A stretch of DNA of 64,000 nucleotides from an uncultured Candidatus Bathyarchaeia archaeon (GCA_964418675.1 CAYQMM010000002.1:196875-260874); one strand, 5' to 3'. Counted from the stretch's first letter, positions 1-10,130 are shown. The notes: generated from the sequence alone by a model not told the origin. Program-made: numbers and translations.

Positions 1-1317
1 GAGTTCACCGATTTCCGGCACAGGATATTTGTTTGCGTCGATGACGTTATCTAAGAAGTGGACAGCTGTTCTGGTGACTCGCCTCAGTTTCTCCCAGTTC
101 AATTCATTATTTTCAATCATTTTAGCCAAGTTGATGGAGCCTAGATTACATGATTCGTAGGGCAGCAATGGCTGTTCTCCACAAGGATTGGTGCTCCGAA
201 TCTCTCCCACCTGCGGAGTTGGATTATGCCGATTTATCTCATCAATAAATATGAGACCGGGGTCTCCCGTTCTCCAGGCATTGGAGACTATCAAGTCAAA
301 AATGTGGCGCGCCCGCAGCTTCCCTTCAACCTCTCCGTTTCGAGGATTTATCAGGGCAACTTCACCATCTTTCTCTACTGCATCCATAAACTCGTCTGTA
401 ACTGCCACTGAAATGTTGAAGTTCGTCAAAATTCCCTCTCTCGACTTTGCTTCAATGAACTTTATGATGTCGGGGTGGGTCACGTCCAATATTGCCATGT
501 TGGCTCCCCTTCTTCGTCCTCCCTGTTTAATTACGTTGGTGGCAGCGTCGTAGATTGTCATGAAAGAGACTGGTCCGGAGGCTACTCCCTTGGTGGATCC
601 CACTATGTCTCCTGCAGGTCTCAACTTCGAGAAGGAGAAGCCTGTTCCCCCGCCTGACTGGTGAATCATTGCCATTTGCTTTAATGTGGTGAATATCCCA
701 TCTATCGAATCCTCCACAGGCAAAACGAAACAGGCGGAGAGCTGACCAAGTCTGGTGCCGGCGTTCATAAGGGTTGGAGAGTTAGGTAGAAACTCCCGGT
801 TCGCCATAACCTGATAGAATGTTTCCTCAGTCTCCTCCACCTCTGCTTTCTTGTCATAGAGAAGGTCGGCTTCAGCCACTGCTTTGGCAACTCTGCGAAA
901 CATCTGGCGGGGAGTCTCGATTACTTTTCCTTCATAATCTTTCATGAGATACCTGTTTTTCAGCACTTTTATGGCATTGACTCCCAGCTTTAAATCGTCA
1001 ACAACACCAAAGAACTGTTTGGTTTCTCTAATTTCTGTGCGCTTCTGACGGTACAAAATGTACGCTTTAGCCACATCAGCGTAGCCGTCTCTGATAAGAA
1101 CCTCCTCAACGATATCCTGAACGTTCTCGACGCTAGGGATCTTATCCTTAAACCGTTCGTTGATGAGCTTCACAGCATCTTCCGAAAGCTTTTTTGCAGC
1201 GTCTTTATCTCCTCTCTCGACAGCCTCTAATGCCTTACGAATGGCATTCGTTATCTTGGTCTCATCGAAATCAACTATTCGACCGTCCCTCTTTGTGATT
1301 TGAGAAACTCTAACCAA
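1..1317 (-). CDS. nrdJ: Class II (adenosylcobalamin-dependent) ribonucleotide reductase, N-terminal ~439 codons; the C-terminus lies beyond the window start
   Basis: Absent from the ORF track because it is open to the window edge. Hand translation of the minus strand from TTG 1317-1315 gives [39 protein letters not shown] (ATP-cone). Further on it gives [63 protein letters not shown], typical of class II RNR. Confidence 0.8.
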   Translation of the reverse strand, partial: MVRVSQITKRDGRIVDFDETKITNAIRKALEAVERGDKDAAKKLSEDAVKLINERFKDKIPSVENVQDIVEEVLIRDGYADVAKAYILYRQKRTEIRETKQFFGVVDDLKLGVNAIKVLKNRYLMKDYEGKVIETPRQMFRRVAKAVAEADLLYDKKAEVEETEETFYQVMANREFLPNSPTLMNAGTRLGQLSACFVLPVEDSIDGIFTTLKQMAMIHQSGGGTGFSFSKLRPAGDIVGSTKGVASGPVSFMTIYDAATNVIKQGGRRRGANMAILDVTHPDIIKFIEAKSREGILTNFNISVAVTDEFMDAVEKDGEVALINPRNGEVEGKLRARHIFDLIVSNAWRTGDPGLIFIDEINRHNPTPQVGEIRSTNPCGEQPLLPYESCNLGSINLAKMIENNELNWEKLRRVTRTAVHFLDNVIDANKYPVPEIGEL

Positions 1318-1501
1318 CTTCAGCCCACAAAGTACTAATGTTCGCCCTTACTTTAATCTATAACCTATAACCCTAAAATTAAGAATGATTTTCGAATTGA
1401 CCTAATGATCAGAAAGGGATTTTCTGCTATAAGAAAGGCGGATTAACTTAACAAAAAAGAGAAGGGGGAATTTTCAGAATTTCAGTGCTATTTAGCTGTG
1501 C

Positions 1502-2887
1502 TTAGTAGGGGAGCGTTTCCAACCAGGGATAAAGCTCCTTTATCTTCGCTACTGCCTTCTGCACCTTTTCCTCTGGGTAATTGTATGGTAGCAGTTTGCC
1601 GTGATTGTAGTCATCGTAAGCTTGCATATCAAAGTAGCCATGACCACAGAGCAGGAAGAGCAAGGTCTTCTCCTCTCCAGTCTTCTTACACCTCAAAGCC
1701 TCATCAATGACAGCCTTAATGGCATGAGTAGGCTCGGGAGCAGGAATTATCGCCTCGCTTTCTATGAAGCGTTTTGCAGCATCAAAGACCTCTACCTGAT
1801 TATAGGCAGCGGTCTCTACCACATTTGCTTCATGCAAGACGCTTAACGTTGGAGCTATACCGTGGTAGCGCAGACCTCCAGCATGGATTGGTGGTGGAAT
1901 GAAGTCATGTCCTAAAGTGTGCATTTTAACTAAAGGCGTAATTTTTGCTGTGTCCCCGTGGTCGTACATGTATATTCCCTTGGTAATCGATGGTGCAGCA
2001 GTTGCTTCAGTTGCTACAAATCGGGTTTCTTTTGGAGCCTTTTTTGTGACTTTGTCGTAGTAGAAAGGCCACATGAGACCTGAGAAGCTGCTGCCGCCAC
2101 CTATGCATCCGTAAATTACGTCGGGGTAGTCATCTACTTTTTCAAGCTGTTTCTTAGTTTCCAGTCCTACCACTGTTTGATGCAAAAGAACATGATTGAA
2201 GACACTGCCTATACCATAATTTGCTTCTTGGTGGTTCAGAGCGTCTTCTACAGCTTCGCTGATGGCAATTCCTAGGCTTCCTGTGCTGTTAGGATCTTCC
2301 GCTAAAATGTCTCTGCCAGCTTTCGTCTCTTTGCTTGGGCTCGCGTAAACTTTGGCGCCGTAACTTTCCATCAATACGCGTCTGTAGGGCTTTTGGTCGT
2401 AGCTAATCCTGACCATGTATACTGTACAGCCGATGTTAAAAGTCATGCAACCAAATGCAAAAGCTGAGCCCCACTGGCCAGCTCCAGTTTCGGTGGCCAT
2501 GCGTTCTTTTCCCTCTTTCATATTGTAGTAGGCTTGTGGAACCGCAGTGTTGGGTTTGTGGCTTCCCGAGGGGCTGACTCCCTCGTATTTGTAGTAGATT
2601 TTGGCTGGTGTTTTGAGGGCTTTTTCCAATCGAGTGGCTCTGATAAGGGGTGTGGGTCTCCAGATACGATAGACCTCCCTCACTTCGTCAGGGATATTTA
2701 TCCATCTTTCTTGGCTCATCTCTTGCCCAAGAATTTCTTTGGGAAATATCAGAGGGACGATGCCGGGTCCAGGTTCCTTAGTTTTTGGGTCTATAATTGG
2801 AGGCAATGGTTTAGGCAGGTCGGGCAGTATGCAGTACCATTGTTTGGGTATTTCTTCCTCGTCTAGCAATATTTTTTTGGGTACCAT
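1502..2887 (-). CDS. trpB2: TrpB2-type tryptophan synthase beta-like PLP enzyme (stand-alone; no trpA nearby)
   Basis: 461-aa ORF. It has the long N-terminal extension ([18 protein letters not shown]) and [12 protein letters not shown]-lysine motif characteristic of TrpB2. Confidence 0.8.
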   Translation of the reverse strand: MVPKKILLDEEEIPKQWYCILPDLPKPLPPIIDPKTKEPGPGIVPLIFPKEILGQEMSQERWINIPDEVREVYRIWRPTPLIRATRLEKALKTPAKIYYKYEGVSPSGSHKPNTAVPQAYYNMKEGKERMATETGAGQWGSAFAFGCMTFNIGCTVYMVRISYDQKPYRRVLMESYGAKVYASPSKETKAGRDILAEDPNSTGSLGIAISEAVEDALNHQEANYGIGSVFNHVLLHQTVVGLETKKQLEKVDDYPDVIYGCIGGGSSFSGLMWPFYYDKVTKKAPKETRFVATEATAAPSITKGIYMYDHGDTAKITPLVKMHTLGHDFIPPPIHAGGLRYHGIAPTLSVLHEANVVETAAYNQVEVFDAAKRFIESEAIIPAPEPTHAIKAVIDEALRCKKTGEEKTLLFLLCGHGYFDMQAYDDYNHGKLLPYNYPEEKVQKAVAKIKELYPWLETLPY

Positions 2888-2944
2888 TAGTTTTTCACTC
2901 TCTTTTTCGGATTTGAAGAATACTTTTTTTATGCCATGAAGTTG

Positions 2945-2952
2945 TTATATAA
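2945..2952 (-). promoter_or_regulatory. Candidate TATA box (TTATATAA, preceded on the minus strand by GCAAAGC) for trpB2
   Basis: AT-rich octamer ~58 nt upstream of the trpB2 ATG in the 104-bp divergent intergenic region. A very similar string (GTTATAAGCTTTTCGCCGAA) occurs in the cysH promoter at 25451-25470. Confidence 0.3.
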
Positions 2953-2991
2953 GCTTTGCCGAATAACAGTGTGCCTTAAGGAGGGGTAAGT

Positions 2992-3495
2992 ATGTGGAGC
3001 CAAATCAAAGATTTCTTCAAAGATTTACCTGCTCAAGAGAGGGTGGCAAGGCTCTTGTTTGAGAGGGGCTTCCAAGTCAGGGAAGACGGCAAGGTCGTGA
3101 GCGGTGGAATCGAGATTCCCCACACCCAGATTGCGAAGGAAGTGGGAGTTGAACGCCGAGCCGTCGACAACACCGTTCAAACAATACTCGCGAAGAGCGA
3201 GCTGAAGAGGATTTACATGAATCTTAGGCAGGTGTATTCGCTGCAGGAGGTTGCTCGCGAATTCAACCTGAGCGTAATAGTTTTCGTTCCTGAGGATGCT
3301 CGCCAGACAGGCATCATTGCGAAGGTTACGAAGAAAGTGTCAGAGAAGGGGCTTAGTATAAGGCAGGCTCTGGCAGAAGACCCCAGCATAAGTGAACATC
3401 CGAAACTGACCTTAATCATTGAGGGCGATATTCCCTCTGAACTGATCGGCGAGATAAGGAGACTGCCGGGAACCAGAAGCATCACAGTGTATTAG
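2992..3495 (+). CDS. Putative amino-acid-responsive regulator: N-terminal HTH-like region plus C-terminal ACT domain
   Basis: 167-aa ORF with an AGGAGG-like SD upstream. The N-terminal part (IPHTQIAKEVGVERRAVDNTV) looks HTH-like. The C-terminal LSVIVFVPEDARQTGIIAKVTKKVSEKGLSIRQ looks like an ACT fold. Confidence 0.55.
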   Translation: MWSQIKDFFKDLPAQERVARLLFERGFQVREDGKVVSGGIEIPHTQIAKEVGVERRAVDNTVQTILAKSELKRIYMNLRQVYSLQEVAREFNLSVIVFVPEDARQTGIIAKVTKKVSEKGLSIRQALAEDPSISEHPKLTLIIEGDIPSELIGEIRRLPGTRSITVY

Positions 3496-3506
3496 CTGAT
3501 TCAGAA

Positions 3507-4067
3507 TCAAGTTGATTTGCTGATGTAGATTTTGATGGCTGAGTACATAATCCATGCGACAACAAGTTTTGATATGGTTTCTGGAACAGCAATGCCAATG
3601 TTGAATATGCCTAATCCATATAGCATCCATGAGCCGAGAACTATCAGAAAGGTTGTTAGAGCTACGGCTGACCTTCTTTCTATGGTGTAAACGATGGAAG
3701 TGATGCTCAGCATTACGAAATGGGGCACCGCCACCGCATAGTGAAGAGAACCGTATACCTCATTGAAAGCTGCCAGCAACTGGATTAAAAAAGATGAAGC
3801 CAACAGGCAGAAGCTACTGTACTTAGCGTGTTCTTTGAAGACCGTTGCCGCGTAGACAATCAGAAGAAAACCCGCTAGCAACAGACCAAGATTAAATATG
3901 GGGGCAGCATTGCTCGTAACGGCGTGTCCGAGGTCGCTTAAGGCGTTGCTTTCCCAACTGAACCCTGGAGAAAGAACTAATGATGCTGCAATTGAAAAGT
4001 AAACTAGCAAGGGTCCAGAAATGCCGAACAGAGCATAGACCCTTTTTTCCATATCCGGGCACCCCAA
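3507..4067 (-). CDS. Polytopic membrane protein (resembles the DUF998 family)
   Basis: 186-aa ORF with about six hydrophobic segments. Confidence 0.6.
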   Translation of the reverse strand: MGCPDMEKRVYALFGISGPLLVYFSIAASLVLSPGFSWESNALSDLGHAVTSNAAPIFNLGLLLAGFLLIVYAATVFKEHAKYSSFCLLASSFLIQLLAAFNEVYGSLHYAVAVPHFVMLSITSIVYTIERRSAVALTTFLIVLGSWMLYGLGIFNIGIAVPETISKLVVAWIMYSAIKIYISKST

Positions 4068-4109
4068 GAAAATAGACCTTCTTGGTTAGTTGCTTATAAT
4101 CCATTCCTT

Positions 4110-4517
4110 TCATGTATAGCTTCTAAACTTCACTTCCTCCGCTGCACCCTCCGCAACAATTTTTCTCTCCAGTTCTTCCACTTTGCATTTGCATCTGGAA
4201 ACGTCGGCTACAACAACCCATTCAGCTGATTTTCCTCTCCGCAGAGTTCTGGATTGGCTGGAAAGCAGGTCGACTCCCTGAGTTGCTAGGATGTTTGCGG
4301 CTTTTGCGAGGGCGCCAGGGATGTCTGAGAAGGTGATGCGCAATTCAACCAGTTTTGCTTCTGGGTCGGCGAAGGGGGTGATTCTAACCTCTTTTTCGTC
4401 TAAATCGGCTATCAGCATTACGTACATTCCCTCTGAGAGCCTCACGGCTTCACGAATGGAGGAGGGCATGGTGACTCTTCCTCTGGAGTCTATTCGAACT
4501 ATCTCGGTCATCCGCAA
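4110..4517 (-). CDS. AbrB/SpoVT-type DNA-binding domain fused to an ACT domain
   Basis: 135 aa. The N-terminus IVRIDSRGRVTMPSSIREAVRLSEG is a SpoVT/AbrB swapped-hairpin signature. The C-terminus ITFSDIPGALAKAANILATQGVDLLS is ACT-like. It lies divergent to the his operon. Confidence 0.65.
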   Translation of the reverse strand: MRMTEIVRIDSRGRVTMPSSIREAVRLSEGMYVMLIADLDEKEVRITPFADPEAKLVELRITFSDIPGALAKAANILATQGVDLLSSQSRTLRRGKSAEWVVVADVSRCKCKVEELERKIVAEGAAEEVKFRSYT

Positions 4518-4627
4518 TGTTCTCTGGTCTCCACTATTTTCTTTCAGAAACCTTTATATAAGATGTGCGTAATATGGGTTCCAACCCACAAATTACCCAC
4601 ATGGAGGACAAACGATGACAGGGAGGA

Positions 4628-5905
4628 ATAACGTTCACCAGACTACACACCCCGAAAGGAACCAGAGACTACCTGCCTAACGAAGTCCAACAATACCGCT
4701 ACATCGAAGACCAGCTAAAAGAAATTTTTGAACTATGGAACTACAGCGAAGTCCGCTCCCCCACCATCGAATTCGTAGAAACCCTATCCACAGGCGTCGG
4801 ACCTGAACTGGTAGACGCCATGTTCAAGTTCCAAGACTTCGACGGAAAAATTTTGGCGCTGAGAGCCGAAATGACGGCGCCAGTCGCCAGAATCGTGACA
4901 ACCCGCATGCCCTCCGTGCCCGAGCCGATTCGCCTGTTTTATGTAACCAATGTTTTCAGGTACAGCCAATCTTACCTCAAGAGAGAAAGAGAGTTCTGTC
5001 AGGCTGGAGTTGAACTTGTCGGCTGCAACACCCCTGAAACTGATGGAGAAATCTTGGCTCTGCTCATTTCGTCTCTGAAGAAAATTGGCTTGAAGGAAGT
5101 GCGGATCGACCTAGGTCACGCTAGCCTTCTCAAAGACCTCTTGGATGCGGCAGGCTTGGATAAAGAAAAGAAAGGCAATCTTCAGAATCTTCTATCGTGT
5201 CGAGATGCTGTGAATCTAAGGAAGTTCATGGAAGAGAACGATTTTTCCTCCAAACTCAGGGAAGCTTTCCTTCAGCTTTCTTGTTGCAGAAGATTAGATG
5301 AAGTTTCGTCAATATCCCTCAACAAATCAAAATATCCAAAGGCTAACAAACATCTAGAAAGCATCCTAGAACTTCAGGAAATCCTAGCTGACTACGACAT
5401 AGAAGACATGGTTTTCTTCGATTTTTCTTTAACAAAAGAGATTGAATACTACACTGGGATGGTGTTTGAAGCTTCCGTTCCAAACATGGGTCTTCCACTC
5501 GGCGGCGGAGGCAGATATGACAACTTCATCGAAAAATTTGGAAAACTCGAGCTCCCAGCAACAGGATTCGCACTGGAAATAGGAAAACTCCTCCAAGCCC
5601 TCACGGCTCAGGGCTTTGAGTTCCCAGAAGAGACAAAAGCCAAAGTCATCGTCTCGTCTAGGTCCAGAAGTACTGCGGTGGAAGCAGTTAAGACTCTTCG
5701 TGAAGCCGGAGTCATCGCCTCACTGGAGGTAACGAGGAGGAGCCTTGAGAAAACGTTGGAATACGGAAAGCTTGCTGGAACAGATTACGTGGTTTCAGTC
5801 GGCTCATCCCTCAAGTCCCCTATAACCGTCTACGATGTAAAGTCAAACATTTCAAGAAGTATAATGCTCGAAGCTTTCCTTCGAGAACTCGGAGGGCAAT
5901 CCTGA
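4628..5905 (+). CDS. hisZ: ATP phosphoribosyltransferase regulatory subunit (HisRS paralogue); the start codon is unresolved
   Basis: The ORF track starts at ATG 4820. The same frame is open from 4619 and encodes PKGTRDYLPNEVQQYRYIEDQLKEIFELWNYSEVRSPTIEF, the conserved HisS/HisZ N-terminus. No ATG/GTG/TTG lies in frame between 4619 and 4820; ATA at 4628 is the nearest candidate. The gene sits directly upstream of a short-form hisG. Confidence 0.75.
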   Translation: MTFTRLHTPKGTRDYLPNEVQQYRYIEDQLKEIFELWNYSEVRSPTIEFVETLSTGVGPELVDAMFKFQDFDGKILALRAEMTAPVARIVTTRMPSVPEPIRLFYVTNVFRYSQSYLKREREFCQAGVELVGCNTPETDGEILALLISSLKKIGLKEVRIDLGHASLLKDLLDAAGLDKEKKGNLQNLLSCRDAVNLRKFMEENDFSSKLREAFLQLSCCRRLDEVSSISLNKSKYPKANKHLESILELQEILADYDIEDMVFFDFSLTKEIEYYTGMVFEASVPNMGLPLGGGGRYDNFIEKFGKLELPATGFALEIGKLLQALTAQGFEFPEETKAKVIVSSRSRSTAVEAVKTLREAGVIASLEVTRRSLEKTLEYGKLAGTDYVVSVGSSLKSPITVYDVKSNISRSIMLEAFLRELGGQS

Positions 5906-5906
5906 A

Positions 5907-6548
5907 ATGAAGAAAAGAATTCGCATCGCCCTACCAAACAAGGGGCGCCTAAAGCAACCCGCGATGGAGGTGCTGGGGCAGGCGGGCATAGAAATTCTGG
6001 AGGAGAAACGAACTTACGTTTCCAAGACCTCTGACCCAAGATTCGAGGCGGTCTTCGCCAGAGCCTACGATATACCCGTCTACGTCCACTACGGCGCCGT
6101 TGACCTAGGCATCACTGGTCACGACCTGATTATCGAGAGAGAAGCAGATGTTCTCGAGTTATTGGACCTCGAATTCGGCAAGTGCACTCTCGTCGTCGCT
6201 GTTCCAGAATCCTCAACCATCAATGCGGTCAGTGAGATTCCCGCTCTGACAAGAGTAGCAACCGAATTTCCAGTCCTTGCCAGAAAATATTTCGAAGGAT
6301 TAGGAAAGCAGGTGGAAGTTTTGGAGGTTAGCGGAACCTCAGAACTTGCCCCTAAACTGGGTTTGGCTCAGGTAATCGTGGACATCACATCAAGCGGCGA
6401 AACCCTGCGGAAAAACAGCCTCAGGATAATCGCCACCATCATGGACTCAACTACCCGATTAGCCTGCAATAAGATCGCCTATAGAACCTTCGAGAAGCAA
6501 ATCACCGAGCTATTATCCAGACTGCGAGGAGGGTTAGGAAAAAAATGA
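5907..6548 (+). CDS. hisG: ATP phosphoribosyltransferase, short form
   Basis: 213 aa. IRIALPNKGRL and DITSSGETLRKN motifs. Operon position. Confidence 0.9.
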   Translation: MKKRIRIALPNKGRLKQPAMEVLGQAGIEILEEKRTYVSKTSDPRFEAVFARAYDIPVYVHYGAVDLGITGHDLIIEREADVLELLDLEFGKCTLVVAVPESSTINAVSEIPALTRVATEFPVLARKYFEGLGKQVEVLEVSGTSELAPKLGLAQVIVDITSSGETLRKNSLRIIATIMDSTTRLACNKIAYRTFEKQITELLSRLRGGLGKK

Positions 6549-7846
6549 GAATTGTAACCGCTCAAGAATTCAAAAAGGAACTGCTTAACCAAGTGACGAA
6601 CAGGGGAAAATCTGACCTATCCACGATCTATTCTTCGGTTATACCGATAATAGATGATGTCAGAGAAAAGGGTGACAAAGCCCTTCTGAAATATACGGAA
6701 AAGTTCGACAAAGTGCGCCTTCCCCCATCAAAGCTCAAAGTTGACGAGAGGGAGATAAAAGAGGCATACAAAAAACTGGAAAAAAATCAGATCAGCGCTT
6801 TAAGGAAAGCCGCAGATAACATCGTAAGTTTCCACAAGAAACAGGTCAGAGACAAGTGGACCATGGAGATTGCGGAGGGCGTAACCGTTGGGCAGGTTAC
6901 TCGACCCCTATCGTCTGTTGGTGTCTACGTTCCCGGAGGAAGAGCATCCTATCCTTCTTCGGTGCTGATGTGTGCCATCCCAGCACGAGTAGCTGGAGTC
7001 GAAAAGACCATTATATGTTCACCACCGGGAAAGGGTGGAGACGTTAATCCGGCGCTTTTGGTGGCTGCCGACATAGCTGGAGTAACGGAGATTTATCGTG
7101 TTGGGGGAGCCCAAGCCATAGCCGCCATGGCTTACGGCACAGAAATAGTGCCAAAAGTAGACAAGATTGTGGGTCCGGGAAACGTTTTTGTGACAGCCGC
7201 GAAACTGGAGGTAAGCAAGGACGTTGCTATTGACGTTCCAGCTGGTCCAAGCGAGGTTTTGATAATCGCTGATGAGAGTGGCAAGGCTTCCTTTATTGCT
7301 TCGGACCTCCTTGCCCAAACAGAACACGACCCCCAAGCATGGGCGATTCTCCTCACCACATCCGAAGCTTTAGCGTCAGCGGTTAAAGAAGAGGTTAACA
7401 GGCAGATGAAGTCCCTCTCCAGAACAGAAGTCATAAAGTCCTCCATCCAAAAAGGAGGGCTAATAGTGGTCGTTAGGAACATCGAAGAGGCAATAGAATA
7501 CGCAAATCTGATAGCTCCTGAACACCTACAAATCCAAACCAAGGCTCCCACCGAAGTCTTCAACAAGATTCGAAACGCCGGAGCAGTCTTTCTGGGCGGT
7601 TACTCGCCAGTGGCTTTTGGCGATTACTCCTCCGGATTGAATCACGTCCTTCCCACCAGAGGCTATGCACGATTTTACTCCGGTCTTTCAACGTTAGATT
7701 TTGTTAAGACAATAAACTTTCTCCAGTGCAGTAGAGCGGGCTACGAGACGCTGAAGGAGACAGCAGTTACCCTCGCAAAGATGGAGGGCTTCGACGGACA
7801 CGCAAAATCAGTCGCAATAAGAGAGGATGAAAAAGATGAAAATTGA
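6545..7846 (+). CDS. hisD: Histidinol dehydrogenase
   Basis: 433 aa. Motifs VGVYVPGGRASYPSSVLM, QTEHDP, GDYSSGLNHVLPT. 4-nt overlap with hisG. Confidence 0.92.
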   Translation: MRIVTAQEFKKELLNQVTNRGKSDLSTIYSSVIPIIDDVREKGDKALLKYTEKFDKVRLPPSKLKVDEREIKEAYKKLEKNQISALRKAADNIVSFHKKQVRDKWTMEIAEGVTVGQVTRPLSSVGVYVPGGRASYPSSVLMCAIPARVAGVEKTIICSPPGKGGDVNPALLVAADIAGVTEIYRVGGAQAIAAMAYGTEIVPKVDKIVGPGNVFVTAAKLEVSKDVAIDVPAGPSEVLIIADESGKASFIASDLLAQTEHDPQAWAILLTTSEALASAVKEEVNRQMKSLSRTEVIKSSIQKGGLIVVVRNIEEAIEYANLIAPEHLQIQTKAPTEVFNKIRNAGAVFLGGYSPVAFGDYSSGLNHVLPTRGYARFYSGLSTLDFVKTINFLQCSRAGYETLKETAVTLAKMEGFDGHAKSVAIREDEKDEN

Positions 7847-8927
7847 GGAACTAATTCAAAAGGAAGTTAGAAATCTTTCCTCCTATGAGGTTGAAACCAT
7901 CCTTGGACGAAAACTTTGTGAAAAGATCGTGAAGTTGGACTTCAACGAGAATTTTGCCATGCCAAGCGATATTATAGAAAGGCTGTTGCTTGATGCTTGC
8001 CGAAGCGTTGACGTTAGAGCGTATCCTCCTCCTCGCGGATGCATGGCTGTCAAGGCTGTCTCTAGTTTCCTCGGCTTCAGCGAATCTGAGGTATCGGTGG
8101 CTAACGGTGCAGATGAGATCATTGATTTGCTTATGAAGGTGTTTGTCCGAAGGGGTTCGAAGGTCGTGGTGGTTGAGCCCACGTTTCCCATGTATACTTT
8201 CTTCACGCAGTTGTATGGAGGCAGCAAAGTCACTGCCATGTTGGGACCTAACTTCGAGTTGGATGTTGACTCTGTATTGAAGAAGGCTGACAGGGAAGCT
8301 TCGTTGCTCTTCGTTTGTTCTCCAAACAACCCCACCGGCAACCAATTCCGCGAAGCGGACATCAAAAAACTCTTGCAGGAATTCAAGGGTGTTGTGGTGG
8401 TGGATGAAGCATATGGTGACTTCGCTGGATATTCGGTCATCAAGTGGGTGAGAGACTATGATAACCTTGTTGTATTGCGAAGCTTTTCGAAGGCTTTCGG
8501 TTTGGCTGGACTCCGCCTCGGCTATCTGGTTTCAAACAAATCCATCGTGGAGTATGTTCAGAGAGTGATAAGTCCCTTCAACTTGAATGTGGTAACTCAG
8601 CAGCTCATAACCTTGGCTCTACAGAATTGGAATTACTTCGAAGAACGAATCAAGTTCGTAGTCAACGAACGGCAATGGCTGATGGAGAACCTAACAAGAA
8701 TCGATGGGGTAACTCCTTATCCTTCTGATGCAAATTTCATTCTCTTCAAAGTAACTAAAAGCAATCTCACTTCAGCCACCGTTAAAGAGAGGCTGGAAAC
8801 CCGAAATGTCTTGGTGAAGGACAGGGGGCACCTGCCTCTCCTAGAGAATTGCATACGCGTCACCGTTGGCACCCGAAACATGAACGAAACCTTCCTTTCA
8901 GCCCTTAAAGAGGCTCTGGAGGAATAG
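7827..8927 (+). CDS. hisC: Histidinol-phosphate aminotransferase
   Basis: 366 aa. Class II aminotransferase features (SPNNPTGN, RSFSKAFGLAGLRLGY). Overlaps the hisD end. Confidence 0.9.
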   Translation: MKKMKIEELIQKEVRNLSSYEVETILGRKLCEKIVKLDFNENFAMPSDIIERLLLDACRSVDVRAYPPPRGCMAVKAVSSFLGFSESEVSVANGADEIIDLLMKVFVRRGSKVVVVEPTFPMYTFFTQLYGGSKVTAMLGPNFELDVDSVLKKADREASLLFVCSPNNPTGNQFREADIKKLLQEFKGVVVVDEAYGDFAGYSVIKWVRDYDNLVVLRSFSKAFGLAGLRLGYLVSNKSIVEYVQRVISPFNLNVVTQQLITLALQNWNYFEERIKFVVNERQWLMENLTRIDGVTPYPSDANFILFKVTKSNLTSATVKERLETRNVLVKDRGHLPLLENCIRVTVGTRNMNETFLSALKEALEE

Positions 8928-8933
8928 GCAAGG

Positions 8934-10130
8934 ATGGCTTACCAATTATTGAGTAAAGAAAGGCGGATATACCTGAGGGAAGACGCCGAGGAGACTCTTC
9001 GTGGAATAGACAAGATAATCTTCGATTTCGACGGTGTGCTAGTTCAAACCTCAGAGTCATACCGCCAGACCATAAGGAAGGTTGTTGACTACTACTTCCT
9101 AGAGATTCTGGGTCTTGAGGGAGAAGAGGGGAAGCTAGCTACTTTACGGGATATTCAGAAGTTTAAGGATACGGGACTGTACAACAACGATTGGAACCTC
9201 TCCTACGCCTTCATCACCTACTACCTCAACCTCACAATGAAAGAGCTTGAACAAAAAAGCGCCCTCCAAGATTTCATAAAACGATTCTACAACCTCCAAT
9301 TCTCAGATGCAGAGAACTTCCTTCAAAATCTAAGCGAAGTCGGTTACTATCTAAGACAGAACGGAATTAATGGAACTGACCTAGCCAACCTAAAGAACGA
9401 CGACCTTGTAGGCTTGGATTTGTTCTTGACACAAGTCAACCTTAAAAAACCGAAGCCCATTGAAGCCTCTCTTGTGGGTGTTGACCCAGAAGTTGAAAAT
9501 GACGAAAAAAGGCTTGCTAGGCGCTTGATACCCTACGACCTCGAAAAACCTGACCTTCTGAAGCGCCTGTTTGAAGAGACATATCTGGGCAGAATGTTAT
9601 TCAACAAGTTTTATGGCGTGCCATCCATTTTCAAGTTTGATGCAAGCTTCATAGACAAAGAGACGTTCACTCCCACAAAGGAGACCCTTGATGTGCTTCG
9701 GCAAGAGTTTGGCAAGTTTGGAATATACTCTGGAAGACCCAGAATCCAGGGCATGTACATCCTAGAGAAATACAACTATCTGGAATATTTTGACGAAGAG
9801 GAATCAGTGTTCCTTGGAGACCTGCTTAAATCTGAGGTTGAAATGGAGAAGCTTGGAAAACCAGACCCCACTCTCTTCATCGAGTTGATAGAGAAGTTCT
9901 TCGGGGAGGCAAGTGGGGTGGCTTATGTGGGAGATGGCATCGCAGACGCCCTGCTGGTTGAAAACGCAAGGTCTGAAGGTCTTGAGAACCTATCGTTTCT
10001 AGGCGTCCTGTCCTCATCGGAGGATTCAAATAAACTTTTTACTGAATACGCCAAACATGGAGCTGACGCCATAATAACGGATGTGAATGACATTCCAGGC
10101 ATACTCAAGAGTCTGGGAGGAAGTGTTTGA
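8934..10130 (+). CDS. HAD-superfamily phosphatase with an oversized cap insertion; candidate histidinol-phosphate phosphatase
   Basis: 398 aa. HAD motifs I FDFDGVLVQT, II GIYSGRP, III LGKPDP, IV VGDGIAD. About 230 residues separate motifs I and II. Located between hisC and hisB with 6-nt and 1-nt gaps. Confidence 0.6.
   Translation: MAYQLLSKERRIYLREDAEETLRGIDKIIFDFDGVLVQTSESYRQTIRKVVDYYFLEILGLEGEEGKLATLRDIQKFKDTGLYNNDWNLSYAFITYYLNLTMKELEQKSALQDFIKRFYNLQFSDAENFLQNLSEVGYYLRQNGINGTDLANLKNDDLVGLDLFLTQVNLKKPKPIEASLVGVDPEVENDEKRLARRLIPYDLEKPDLLKRLFEETYLGRMLFNKFYGVPSIFKFDASFIDKETFTPTKETLDVLRQEFGKFGIYSGRPRIQGMYILEKYNYLEYFDEEESVFLGDLLKSEVEMEKLGKPDPTLFIELIEKFFGEASGVAYVGDGIADALLVENARSEGLENLSFLGVLSSSEDSNKLFTEYAKHGADAIITDVNDIPGILKSLGGSV

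Noticed and set aside
4616-4618. In-frame TGA between ATG 4601 and the conserved hisZ N-terminus, considered as selenocysteine or programmed read-through
   Set aside because: TGA is used as an ordinary stop in this window (hisZ, hisG, nadK, the DUF998-like gene). No SECIS-like hairpin is evident. HisZ has no need for Sec. A non-canonical start or a sequence error is more parsimonious.
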